Shown here in pieces: positions 1-12,610 of a DNA stretch of 64,000 nucleotides. Below the pieces are notes generated by a model that saw nothing but the letters and a program-made list of their open reading frames with translations, had not been told where the DNA came from and made no database searches. Location: NCBI GenBank assembly GCA_907165135.1, contig OU015569.1, positions 12,710,001-12,774,000 on the forward strand, given 5' to 3'. Each line of letters opens with the position of its first letter. Within the stretch, counting starts at the first letter, position 1. The position numbers were made by a program, and so were the translations under genes. This DNA comes from Oikopleura dioica. Taxonomy: Eukaryota; Animalia; Chordata.

Positions 1-783
1 TCGGAAACCTGTGTGGAAAACCTGACTCAGGGTCATGAAAAAGTTTTATTGAAAAGTCGCTTAGCGCTTTTTTTAAAAACGAAGCTGCGATGCGGCTTTC
101 TCAGAATTATTTGGCTATTCAGTAAAGGCTCTACTGTAGAGTTCTTTCAGGTCCCGTGACTTTTCTACACAGGTTGCCGAACCCAGGACTTGGTGCCGCA
201 TTTTTTCTCGCCAGAAATGATCAAATCCGGGAGTCTCAGATTTCCGCGTTTTTGAAAGTTGGCAACGTCGCGCTCGTCTTCTTCGTCTTTGATCGCGTAT
301 CTTAGTTTCAGCAATTAAAAATCAAGAAATGCTAAATTTACTTTTTCTTCTTGGAGGCGATCATTTTCCGCAAAAACTCTTTTTCAACTTGCGTCTCTTT
401 TTTGAGCATTTCCGAGCTGATCTCTTCCTTGATCGCGCGCCATTCGTAAATCGACCTTATTTTCAACAAAACGCCAAAAAACGCAAACGCGGTGATCCAA
501 CTCTTTTTAAATCGCATTTTCTCCTCCAACATAAAATTTATCCGCCAGACTTGAGGGTTAGGAACGACCTTTAAACAACCGGCCCGCAAGTGAAATTTCA
601 TATTCATTCCGCCAACAATCACAAAAGAAAAAAAAAACAAACTTTTTGAGAAAGTTTTTTTTTAATTAGCAATTGTTACTATACTAGACAAAGAGACTTT
701 TGAGGGTACATTTTTAAAGAGTCCTTTATTGATAAGCTTTGAGCCGCAAGTAGAAAAGTACAAAAAGAGCATTCCAAGATAAC

Positions 784-2172
784 TTAATTCAAACCGACTT
801 TTCGCGGTGTCGGACAGCGCTTCGTTTGCCTCCTTCCAGGGTTTCGATCGCGGCAGCCTTCGTCAACGTAAGCTCTTCCACCTATGCACTTTCTGTTTCT
901 CCAAATGTTTCTGCCTCCATTTTCCTAAGAATATTTCCATTAATCTTTTTTGATTTCAAAGCGCTGCTTACCGCAACGCAAGCCCTGTTCCAAGCACTCC
1001 ACTCGCTCCAAAACGGTCCAGAGCCGCATTTTTGAGTTTCTGTTACTGGCTCGCCGTCGTATTCCATCCTTGATTTTAGATTTATGCGGTTTTTCAATTA
1101 AGCTCTTCAAAGCCTGACTCAGGGTTTCTACACGGGGTAGCGTCTAGATTCTAGAACCGACAAAAAAATTCGACAAATATTGCGTGGGCGGCTACAAGTC
1201 TGCTGATTTGCCGGTTTGCCGAATTCAGGCTTCTGATTGGTTGAAAATTTCAACACAAAATTTGTCGAAATTTTTTTGTCGGTTTCAGACACCTCCCCTT
1301 CTACATAGGTTGCCAAGCCCAGGTTTTTACTCAGGGTCTGACTCAGGTTCAGAACTTGACCCAGAGCCTGACTCAGGGTTTCTACACCGTTTGCCGAGCC
1401 CAGTGTCTGGTCCTACCTGCAGAACTTGTTCTTGATGCTGCCTCTTTTGCAACAAGTTGGGCTTCTCTGCTTTGTCCCGTCTGTGCAATATCTGTAGCGA
1501 GTCCGCGTTTGTCCAGTGAATCCGTCGCAAGAGGCCTTGTCCCAGTTCGACCAGGGTCCGTAATAAGGAGCTTTTTTCTCCGCGATTCGTTTCTCGCAAA
1601 ATTTGCCTTGGAAAGGATCTTTGCAGATGCAGGAAGGAGTGGTTTGGCACTTAACAGGAAGTTACAGTCAGCTCTAACGGCGAGATCTTACTTCGTCAGC
1701 GTAGCACTGCGCACATTGGCCGCCATTTTTGCAGGGGCAGTTGAAAGTGGCGCAGTTTGTGCCGCTAAAGTACTTTTTGCATTTACACTTGAAGAAGGGC
1801 GCTCTATCGATGCTGCTGCAGCCCTCGGCGTTTCCTCCCACAGTCCCTTTCTCGTTGCACGGCGAGTCTCGATAGCACCTGTCGCTGTAATCTGCTCCGT
1901 TCGGGCAATCGCCGCAAGTTCGACGACACTGAGTTTGGGCTCTCAAACCTGTTCGAATATCAATCAAAATAAATTATTCCTCAGCAAAAAGAATTTCCGA
2001 AAAGCTTCTTAGTTTTATGCGCAGATTGATGTGCCCTGTCCTGGACAGTCTTGATGTTTAAAACGCTGCATCGGCCTTGTTCTTTCAGACTCTGGCAGTT
2101 GTCAATCTTGTCAAAGCAGCTTTCTTCTTGAGCAAAAGCGGCAGCTAACAAAATCGAGTTAAATAGCCTCAT
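784..2172 (-). CDS. Secreted Cys-rich protein: signal peptide + ShKT + EGF-like repeats + TSP1-like repeats (multi-exon)
   Basis: MRLFNSILLAAAFA signal peptide; CFDKIDNC...CRRTCGDC ShK-type Cys spacing; EGF-like CKCKKYFSGTNC and CICKDPFQGKFC; TSP1-like YGPWSNW...RTRYRYC and FWSEWSAW...RNRKC. Exons join in frame; first intron appears to be GG-AG (1949-2036). 3' end approximate. Confidence 0.8.
1134..1298. mobile_element. 165-bp MITE with GGGG...CCCC termini nested in a family-A MITE arm
   Basis: Ends GGGGTAGCGTCTAGA / TCAGACACCTCCCC; internal inverted repeat AACCGACAAAAAAATTCGACAAAT (~1153-1178 vs ~1260-1284); flanked by TTCTACAC (1126-1133) and TTCTACAT (1299-1306). Confidence 0.65.
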
Positions 2173-2768
2173 TCGTCGATTTCGATTATTTCTGAATTTC
2201 TCTGAATTTCCGAATGAAGCGGCAAATAAATTGTATTTCAATCGGGGAGATAACTTTTGAGCTGCGACTAATTGCCCAATTTTTAGTTAGAACATCCAGC
2301 ACTGAGGATGAGTATAAAATTAACGGAGCTCTTTAGGGGGCAAATTATCGGCCACGTCATGTTCCACTTCCGCCCGTTCAATTCTCAGATAGAAATTGGA
2401 TTTTTCGGGGAATCAAAGTTTTTTAATTAAATTTTTGCATCAATAAAACCAAGTTTAAACATGGGCCATGTTACATGGCCAGTGCGCTCGTGAGAACTGG
2501 GGGACAGTGAATTGACACAAATGGTGACGAGTTGAAGCACTTGGGGAGCAGGGACTGACACTTCCAAACTGTAGCACACTGTACACATTCTCTTAACAAA
2601 AGTATCTACACGCGTTCTCTGTCAACTGACGTAGCTATTTCGCAAGTCATCATTTTCTTAATTTCGGGCGTTTCAGTCTCTTTTTCAATTGCGGACCTTG
2701 AAAAATCTTAAGGGTGTCACCCCGAAATATTTGTTTTAAAAAGTCATTTCAACATGAGTGGAAAACTT

Positions 2769-4490
2769 GATGGAGCCGCCAAGCAAAGTCAAAGATGATA
2801 TTCATCCATTTGAATTGAATGGTAAGAGAGTCACTTTGAGAATGGCCTCAAGAAATCAGCATTTTGGAGATTAGGGGTGCTTTAATATGATTGCGCGGCC
2901 ATAAAGCGACAGCGCTCGCGTCAGGATTTGTTTGGTGTGCAGAATTTTGGAGGGAATTTCGTTCGCTCCTCAACCATTTCACATCTCCTTCTAATATAAT
3001 CATTCCAGCGACAGCTCCTACTCCAGAGAAGAAGAGATCAAAGAAAATCCACGGGCCCTGTGGGTACCCTCGTCAGTGCAGTCAAACAGGTAAACCAGGA
3101 ATCGAGGAATTTTGAATAAAATAAGAAAAATATGAGATATAAAAATCATGAGAGAAATCATAGAAGAGAATTGGTTCTCAGGTAAGTCTCCTAAAAAAAA
3201 AGAAAGACATGTGAATGTAAAATTAAATATGAAAGGGTGCTAACTGTGCTGAACAACCTGTGCGGAAAACCTGAGTCAGAGAGATGAACCTGCTTTGCGG
3301 TTTTTTAAAGCGCCAGAAATTTCATCGATTCAAAATTCTGGCGAAAAAGTACCTCTTTCGGGACCCTGAGTCAGGTTTTGTACACAGGTTGCTGCACCGA
3401 GAGACCAATTTTTAGCTTGCTGATTTTTCTAGCTTTAATTGGAAATAAAGATTTATATAAAATTGCGAAGCTCATCTATTTACAGTAGCTGATTGATAGT
3501 CAAGGTAGGATCGGCAATAACTGGTTTGGTAATCAGTGGAATGCCACTGTTTGGAGTTTACTAGAACGAAATAATGTCCAAAATCGCGATAGTGGTTGAC
3601 TGACTGTGGCGTTTTCGTGTCACTTTGTTGTCGGCATGTACACAGCGGGCGCTTAGAAGTGGAAACATCAGGGGCATCGAGAATAACTAATTTGGGACTT
3701 GGAGTGGAGATACAACAGTTCACTTCAAATAAGACTAGAGATTAACATGCTCGAGTGCTTTGGGTAATGTAAAACTCTTCTTTTCGAACACTTACAGATT
3801 TTTAACGCTCCGCCGCATTTCAAATCATTTCAAGAGGCTGTCCCTTCAAAAAGATTCATTTTTGTTGTCAAAGCTTTTATTGTTGTGGAAAATAGGGAGC
3901 TTCGATTTTATCAGGCAAATTCTTCTGGGTTGTCACCATTTCAACGGATTATTTTCTAGTAGATCCAGGCTTGTCACGTGACAAAATTTCAAGAAAAAAT
4001 CCGACCCTCTCGAATCAAACCCCTAAATTGGAGTCCTTACAGAGACATTCACCTGTAAAAATTGGGGCCCCCTATCTTGTCATCATTTTCCTAGTCTTGT
4101 GACCGTAGAAAAAACCCCCTTAGTTGCAAAGTAGATTTTCTTTCATATTTTTGACTTCGAAAAATCTGGTGACCGTTTCCGGGAGCAGCTGAGTTGCACC
4201 GGAGCTCGTTGTCTTGTCAGTTGAGCTAATACTCTTTTTTTCTTGGCGGATATGAGCGCTCGAAGGCCAATAAATTATCATTTTTTCAATTTGGCAAACA
4301 AAAAATAATTGTTTCATTCCCGTAAAAACTCCAATTTTGCGATAAATATGTTTTTGCTTACTTTCCAGAATTGACGCTTTCGACAAAATTGGCGAATGAA
4401 TAAAATTTATTCAAGTGTTCTGCGGGCAACTACGACCGCAGGGAACTCGAGGACATTCTCACGTTCTCTGGATTGATGCTTTCTAAGTTC
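2769..4490 (+). CDS. Putative orphan multi-exon gene (unresolved)
   Basis: Phase-compatible GT-AG exons MEPPSKVKDDIHPFELN (from 2769) and ATAPTPEKKRSKKIHGPCGYPRQCSQT (~3010-3089); further candidate exons near 3915 and 4410; no recognisable domain. Confidence 0.3.
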
Positions 4491-5152
4491 GTGAGAGGGT
4501 CAAGGTCGCCATTTTTTGCATAAAAAATTCTATCGAGTGAAAATTTCGGCTCCGCTGCTTAGCTAGGCAATTTTTAAGTTTGGCGTAAATTATTATTATT
4601 ACTTAGCGCAGATCATATTGCCAATATGATATTGGCCAAATGAAAATTAAGCTCAGCAGGCCAATTTTTACCAAAGCTAAATTGGCTTCTTCGAAAGATT
4701 ATCAAGCTAAGCTAAACATAGCAGACCCATTCGTCTAAATGGCTAAGTTGAGCTAAACTTGACCCGCAGCTCTTGTTTGACCCATTTTTCTTCATTTTTG
4801 ATTGAATTTTGGCTGGGTCAACATGCGTTTAATAACTTCGCTGAAAAAGTCGACCGGGGTATTTTGTGAAAATTATCACTTCTCGGCGGAAACGGTAAAT
4901 TACTTTTCAAAATGCCAAACGCATGTTGAATTTCAGAGCAATTGCCCTTGCGACTCAGACAAGCTACAGTCTCCTTTTTTAGACTCAGAGTTTTCCGAAA
5001 AAAAAGAAGAGGCGGAAACGGATGGCGTGAGTATTATTTTGAACTAACGGATCAAAAGGGAGTGTTTCTATGAAAAGCGCCGCCTATTTTCATTTCTGAC
5101 ATTCTGATTGGCCGATTAGGGTTTTTGAATTTTTGAAGAGCGCCACCTAGGT

Positions 5153-5290
5153 TTGGGCTCGGCAACCTGTGTAGAAAACCTGAGTCAGGGTCTGAAAGAT
5201 CTAAAATTAAATGACGCGTGGCGGCTTTTTCAAAAACGTAGCCGCGAAGGGACCCTGACTTAGGTTTTCTTCACAAGTTACCGAGTTCAG
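5153..5290. mobile_element. Family-A MITE with perfect 8-bp TSD ACCTAGGT
   Basis: Inverted arms; ACCTAGGT at 5145-5152 and 5291-5298. Confidence 0.9.
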
Positions 5291-6189
5291 ACCTAGGTTT
5301 GGCAAGATATAGAAACAGGGTTTCTTATTGGTTTAAGCGGCTTCCGAATTTCCAGAAGGCGTTTGCACTTGAATTTGACTGGTCCCGGATTCGAAAACTG
5401 ATGTGGTCTGGGAGTATCTGTTGGGAGTGACAGAAGCGTGACGGAAATTGCTCTCAATGTCGAGATTTTTTAATCTGAAAAGTGCGATAGTGTCTCCGTC
5501 CGACAGGCAGCTGGCGACCTTGGCGGCGCACACTTCTCTGACCAGAGATACAGTTTTCCAGGCTTTATGAGAAACTAATCGCTTACCATTAAAAAAGCAA
5601 ATGGCAGTCCGTGCATTTGGGGTGCGCGGCTATTTCCGATTTAGCGAAATTCGCTCAAAATAAAAAAAAGGTCACACTCGAGTTTTTTGAGAGTATTATT
5701 TCCAACCGCAGAGAAGCTTCCTTTCTGCAGAAAAACTAGGTACAAAAATTTACCTCTTCAGTTAGGATTCACTTTATCGGCGTTTCCCGCAACTGAAGGA
5801 GACTTTGTTCTAATTGAAATAAGGTAGACAAGAAGAATCGGCAACCCTACTCAGCTTGCCGAGCCAAATCAGTAAGGAAAAACAAAAGCCGCGCTTTTCT
5901 CGGCTTTTCGAGGCCGCGAGCGGCTTTACGATTTTCAGCATAGAATCGAATGATTGAAGGGTATTTTGATAAGGCGTCGTTATTCGTGTTTCTCTTTTGT
6001 TTATCGAACAGGTAGCTCAAGCAATGTCCGGAACTTGCTCCTTGATAAGGAGCTCTCAACTGATAGAATCAGATCTTTATCGCCCGTGCAAATATTTTCC
6101 CCGTTGGCCTTAATCTTCGGGCACACACTTTCTTGTTAGCTTACAAGCCATTCCGAGAGCAACTCCCAAGTGCGACGAAGATTTAAAAA

Positions 6190-9100
6190 AATGGCGCTTG
6201 TTCAACCTTTTCGCCCAAATCAAAAATGCAAAAAACGCTCCCACTCACTCGTTGTCGATCTGTTAGGGTAACGTACGCCTTCTTATCTACTGGGCTCGGC
6301 AACCAGTGAAGAAACCCTGAGTCAGGTTTTAAAGAGCTCAAATCAAAAGCCTCGTAGTGGCTTTTTTGAAAAAGGAGCCGCAAAACGGCTTCGCTAAAAT
6401 CACCATCTTTATCTTATTTATTATTATTGCGGCTTCGTATTCAAAAGAGTAGCTACGCGGCTTTTTTATTTGTCCTCTTCAAAACCTGACTCAGGTTTTC
6501 TACACAGGTTGCCGAGCCTTGCTTCTTTACGATGTCTCTTTTTTAACGGATTTGAATTTTAGTGGATTTTTTAGCTCAAGGCTTGTTTTTTATGAATATT
6601 CATTCCGTTAAAATGAAGCAAAATTGTTTCATTTCATTCCACGGGCGAGTGTATCTTTCGGCAGCTGTGCCTTGACAGACAGTTTATTTTGGGATCATCT
6701 TCTAGCTTTTACCGGGATTTTACATTAGTTCAGCGCGCAGTTTTGCCAAAAAATTATGGCCAGAGCTAACGCAAAAGATTCGAGTCTTTTTTTGAGCTGA
6801 GCGAAACTGAGCGGAGCGGCGAAACCATTCCTGACTCAGGGTGCTAAAAGAGCCTTAGTAGAAGCCGCGTTGCTTTTTCAAAAGCCTGACTCAGGTTTTC
6901 TACCCAGATTTCAGAGCGCGCTTTTGATCTGAATGGTGAGTTTTTTGGTAAAAAAAAAGAGAGAAAGAGAGAGTTGCTGATTTTTGCGAATCAAGCTCTG
7001 GATGTATCAAACAGCGAGCGTGTAAATTTGGCGAGCGTTTTTACGCAGGTGGCCCTTCCGATTGCCATTATAGCGGCCCTTGAAGCTTATATGTGCCTCG
7101 AGGTGTGGCAACAGAAATTATGTCTTCCTCGTGAAGAAATGCGCTCTCTTATCTGAGCCCACAGTCGCCCCTCACGAGTAGAGTTGAACAATTTTTCGGA
7201 TTTCTAATTTGCGCGAAATAGAGAGTATAATTTTGATGGAGATTATCGACGAAGGATGTGGTGACTACGCCGCCCTCAATGACAGGTGACTTCCTCGAGC
7301 CACATTTTCGCGGAAGGGATTTTATGATTTCGTTATACACGATCACGAACTGACGTAACCAGTATTGAGAAAGATTTCCGCTCGTCGACTCCTCGAAATC
7401 CATTTTTTTCGAAAATTTCGTTAAGAAAGAGAGACTCCAGGGATTGTGACACAACGTTGCATTTTCCTCGCTGTTCCAAATAAAAGACTTGACTGAAGTG
7501 AGTTGAGACTTTGGAATATTGGCTTGTCGTTTTTTTTCGAATTATTTAGGCCATTTGAAACTTTTAACCCCCTGACGCGGCGAGTGCCATGCATGCACCC
7601 CCTCTTTGCCTACGCAAGAACCCCGTCTATGATTGATTTAAATCATGAATCCTATCTTCCGATTGTCTACTTTTTTCCCCATGTGGAGAGCTTAAGAGAT
7701 TAGTCTTTTTGAAATTCTATTAGAAAAGTCCGGCGAAAATTGAAGATATTTGACGAAAATTGTCATCTTCGGTGTAAATTCTATGGAATCTAACTTATAC
7801 TAGTAAAAGGTCGGCAACCTGTGTATAAAACTGAGTCAGGGTCCTAAAGGTCATCAATGACAATTCGCATTTCGTATTTCAAATGCGGTATTTGCCCTTT
7901 CTTCGATTTTTGCAGGACCTTGACTCAGGCTTCTACACAGTTTGCCGAGCCCATCAAAGTACTAGAGGGAAATCGAAGAAGGAGCTTCCTGAATGCGTAA
8001 AAATGATAAACGCGGCGGTTGAAGTGCGCCGCCCTGCATGTGGCGACGCGACCTTTCCGAATGAAACGATAACATAATGAGCCTCGTTCACCTTCTATTT
8101 TCAGATTTTCAGACCACTTGAAAATCATGATGGTCACTTCGATGTTCCGCGCCTCAGAGACCGAACCGCTCAAGCCGCTGCGCAGAAGGTCAAGTTCCTG
8201 CAGCAAGTAAGTTATTTATCCGTTCAAATCGGAGTTCTGAGACTTCTGCTTCGAATCCAGTGTAGATAACCTGAGTCAGGGTCCTAAGAAGGCTCGAAAA
8301 AATAGCCAAAGCTTTGCGGCTTTATTTTTAATTGAGCTCTTTGGAGAATCTGAGCTAGGTTTTCTACACAGATTACCCAGTCAAGTCCAGAAATCGTCTC
8401 ATAAAAAATTCAAAGAATCATTTTTGCCCACCTTATTGGTCAAATTTAAATGCAAAAAAGGACCCCACTACTCTGAAAGGGCACACCCCAGGAAGCAATA
8501 AAAAAGGTCGTCTTGCACAATCTTGGGAAATTTGGCTGTATTTGGAGTTGATAATGCATGAAACCGCATAAAAATTAGCCGCCCCATAAAACTCGTAAAA
8601 TTTTCGTGTAATGTGGTTTGATCAGGAAATGGTCTTTTTATTTATTTTTCTCATCGCCAATTTCAATTTTACTAGATCATCTTTGGGGTTAAATTTGTGG
8701 CCCGTTTTTGATCCGTTAAAATGGACCAAAATGGAATATCGCTTCAAGTTCAAGCTGGCTTATATGTCAACTAATTCTGGACTTGTTATTTTTATCGGAA
8801 AGCAGTTTATTTTCGCCTGGGCGATAAATAACTTCATAAATCGGAATCCAATTTTGTACTTTACCGGAGGCGGGCGAGGATTTACGCGCAACAGTCCACC
8901 AATTTGAGCTGAAAGTAAATTTAAAAAATCGATTTGGACGGGCGGTTCCGGTGCGCCAGTCGCCATTACTTTCCTCGCAGACTCCAAACAACTTTTTTAA
9001 TTTCTAAAATTGCCATTTCAAACAAAGCAACATTTCAACTTTATATTTTTTCGTTTTTTTGATGAATGATCGAAGATTTCAGCCTCTACGACAGATTCGA

Positions 9101-9790
9101 TGCTAATCTTATTTCAACTTTCCGGTGAGTGACTTGGAGTGAAATCAACGAAGAGAGCCAAAGACCCGCACTCCTGCCTCGGCAACCTGTGAACAAAACC
9201 TGAGTCAGGGCCTGATAGACCATAAATGAAAAAATCTTATAAAAGATTTGAATGATAGTTTCGCTCTAAGCGGCTTCTTTTAGATCCTGACTCAGGATTC
9301 CTGAGTCAGGTTGCTTCAAAACTTTTCAAGAGCCTGACTCAGGTTTACGACACAGGTTGCCGAGGACACGGTGGAAATTTTGAAAGAACGCGAAATTGAA
9401 TTTTTCTTATCAAAGTTTCGCCTCCTTTGAAATAATTTCCATTCAAAAAAATTTAAATAAAATAAAATTTATTTTATTTCAAAAAAATATTTTCAGTTCG
9501 TAAAACAGACTTTGAAGGCAAAAGTCTTTTTTATTAAAAAAAGAAAGTTTATTCGAAAATTTCTGGAATTTTTTCGGAGAAATAAACTTTTAGAGTTCTC
9601 GTTTTTTGAAAAAGCCCTTTTCGCGAGAAATAACTTTGATTTAGGCTGAACCAGAATCAACGAAGAACTTCGCTTTTACGGCCAACGAGAGATCGTCGCG
9701 ATTCTATTCTCATTGCTGACAAGAAACATAGCTTTTCGTTTCACGGATCACGGCGGAAATCGCTTTCGACATCCGATCTTCCTGGACAGG
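6190..9790 (+). CDS. Putative orphan multi-exon gene(s) (unresolved)
   Basis: Candidate exons with AG/GT borders: VALPIAIIAALEAYMCLEVWQQKLCLP (~7050-7130), SIILMEIIDEGCGDYAALND (~7222-7285), IFRPLENHDGHFDVPRLRDRTAQAAAQKVKFLQQ (~8105-8206), LNQNQRRTSLLRP...SLSTSDLPG (~9645-9789). No family recognised. Confidence 0.3.
6290..6521. mobile_element. Family-A MITE, decayed 8-bp TSD
   Basis: Full arms; flanks CTTATCTA / CTTCTTTA (6 of 8 match). Confidence 0.85.
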
Positions 9791-12610
9791 TCAGTTTAGC
9801 TACTTTTTTATTCATTTCGGAATGATTTGCCTGCCTCTCGGCTTGGCGACCTGTGTTGAAAACCTGAGTTAGATTTTGAAGAGCCAAAATGAAAATCCGC
9901 GGCTTTTTTTATAATGAAGCCCCCTTGCGGCTACGATTTCGTTTTGGCTCTTCAGAACCTGACTCAGGTTTTCTACACAGGTTGCTGAGACCAGGTCCGC
10001 CCCAGATCTTTGTAGAAAAGTCGGATAGCGGCTAAAAAAATGATTTGAAACAAAATCAAATTCAAAAATTGGAATTTGAGAATTATTAGCGCCATTCGGA
10101 AATAATTTGCTGCAGTTGAACAAATGAGTCGTAAATTAACGCGGCGAAGAGTCGAGTTGAATTGGCGATTAAGTTGCTTTTAAACTAAATATTATGAAAG
10201 GAGGCGAGGAGAAGGGCAAATGTCAAAGCATAAACTTGGCTCTGCAGCGGAAAATTTTGTAAAATTTACCCCAGCTGGATCAAAGTTCGCTCCTTTTGAT
10301 CAGACCGAATTCGCAGCGGCCACTTTTTTCTGCGTTTTTTTTTTCTTTCAAGTTTCTCCGAATCGCGCGCCAGCCTAACTAGAAGTAAGTGCAAGAGAGA
10401 AAGAAAACGATAATGGTTATTGGCGTCATCGAAAACTTCCGTGAAACCGCAAGAATTTAATGCAACGTAAAGCCCAACGCCGAACTGGCTACTGGAAGAG
10501 CAGATCTTCCTTGATTTCAATGGGACGTCTTTTGGGCTCAACAAACTCTGTAGAAAACTAATTCAGGACCTGAGATATCTTTAATGAAAAGCCGCGTAGC
10601 AAATTTACCATCCCAGTCTTTCTCTGCTTTTTGATCCTGAGTCAGGTTTTCTACACAGGTCGCAGAGCTCAAAAGATCAGCCTTCGTCCTCAATTGAAAC
10701 AAACTAAGGGCATCCCCTTGTTAACTTTTCTCGATTTCCTTGAGTTCTTTGAAAAATCGCGACTTTATCTAGGAAAAGTGTGCGAAAACGCGAAAGCGAA
10801 CAGGAAACATGGCCGGATGCATTCTTTATTTTTGTGCGCGGCGGCGTTCTCGATAAGAACGTCATCGAGCACTCGTAAATCGTAATTACGCTCACAGCTG
10901 ACAGCGTGAACATGATGATTCTGTTGAGAATTCCGCGCTTTCCACTTTTCCCGCAAAAAGAAAAATATTTGATTCATGAATTTCTTTTTTTTAAGAATTT
11001 GATTTTAATTTTTGCTAACTTAGAACCTACAGCTTGTAGGCTACAGCCACCTCTTATTATTTACTCCAGAATTTCTATTAGTGGAATAAAAAATGTCTGA
11101 CTATGGAAGGTTAAATTTCTCATACTTCTGTTAAATTTCAAAAAATATCAGAAGATTTAGAATATGGGCTCGACAAGCTGTGTAGAAAACCTGAGTCAGG
11201 GTCCTGACTACGCGGCAATTTACGTGGCACAGGTTTTCTACACAGGTTTTCAAGCAAAGCAAAATGGTAAACAAAAAACACAAACAAGAACACTCATAAA
11301 GCTTAGAACCTACTCTACCGATATAAAGCGATGATTAGAGCAATTCTGACGTTTGCATTGGAATGCAGAACGTTTTATGTTTTCAGCTTGCGTGGAAGCG
11401 CGGTAGGCTTCCGCCGCAAAAAGGTCAAGGTGAACTTGAGGTCAGCTTTTAAAGCTTTTCTGAAGATGAATCATGTGAGTGCCCGTTTTCGCAGTCTTCC
11501 CACGGGCGCTGTGCCCAATCACTTGCAATTTCAATTCGTCTCGAAGCAGACTCGCCGATTGTCCCTACTCGTCAGAGCGAAATATTACAGATATCGTTTT
11601 TTACGAGCAACATCACTTTTTTTTGCCAAGCGCGCTCCCACATCAAAAAAAAAACATGACGTCCCCGATGCTCTTAGAGATTCTAGATTATCGCAGACGA
11701 CAGATGATGATAGAAACTGTAAGTCCAAGTTTATACATTAGGGGCTTACTATGATCTCGGCATCCTGTGTAAAAAACCTGAGTCAGGGTCTGATTGATCT
11801 CTTGCACTCTCAATTTTAGCTCTTTAGGCCCTGACTCAGGTTTTTACACAGGTTTCCGAGCCAAGGAATTGGGCTCACCCTGTTCTTGGCAATAAAGATC
11901 TGTCAATTCTAGAGATGTTCGAAAGGGATTTCCTTAATTTACCATTCAAGAGTCTTTTGCCCCAATTGGTCTTATAAAAATTTAATACAACTTCGGTCTC
12001 CTTGATTTTCTCTGACCCTGGATGTTTAATCCTTCCGGTGAGTCGCTCGATTCGGCCGACGACCGCGCTCACTTCTTTTGAAACAAGTGCTTTTTAAAAT
12101 ATAAATTTTGATGCTCTCGATTATGCAATTTCTTATTTAAATTCTTAAAAAACCCGTGCAAGTCTCGAACAAGCACGCCAAAAAACAAATCGCAGTTGTC
12201 AGTGATTGATTGAAGAGGATTTATCTTTTTCTTCTTCGATTTCACTTTTATCATGGAATTTGCCAGCTACAGCTTTGGAGTCTTTTTCCAAGCGCAGGTT
12301 TTTATGATTTTCAAAGAGAAAAAAATAACCAAGAGAATACTTCTTACTTTCATTAACGTAGCCTATCCTGGTCTCGGCCACCTGTGTAGAAAACCTGAGT
12401 CAGATCTTTCAGACCCTGCCTCAGGTTACTAGGGGTATTTGCTCTCGTATCAGCACTCCCTCCTGCCAACCTGGAGCAACCTGAGTTCAAAACCTGAGTC
12501 AGGGTTTGAAAAAGAAAAAATGAAAAGCGTAGCCAGAATTTAGAATTAAAATGGAGTGATAATTTTATTTTCTTATGATAATTTTCGTTTTTTTCAAACC
12601 CTGACTCAGA
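6800..12610. mobile_element. Cluster of family-A MITE copies: ~6800-6915, 7806-7952, 8250-8380, 9172-9365, 9836-9994, 10535-10665, 11164-11250, 11752-11864, 12368-12610
   Basis: Repeated CCTGAGTCAGG / CCTGACTCAGG arms with GCCGC..GCGGC inner palindromes; several are compound or truncated; coordinates approximate. Confidence 0.85.

Larger units (their letters stand above)
1..3398. mobile_element. Family-A MITE copies at ~1-187, ~1093-1322 (interrupted), ~1330-1402, ~3243-3398
   Basis: Arms matching CTGGGCTCGGCAACCTGTGTAGAAAACCTGAGTCAGGGTC and its reverse complement; coordinates approximate. Confidence 0.8.
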
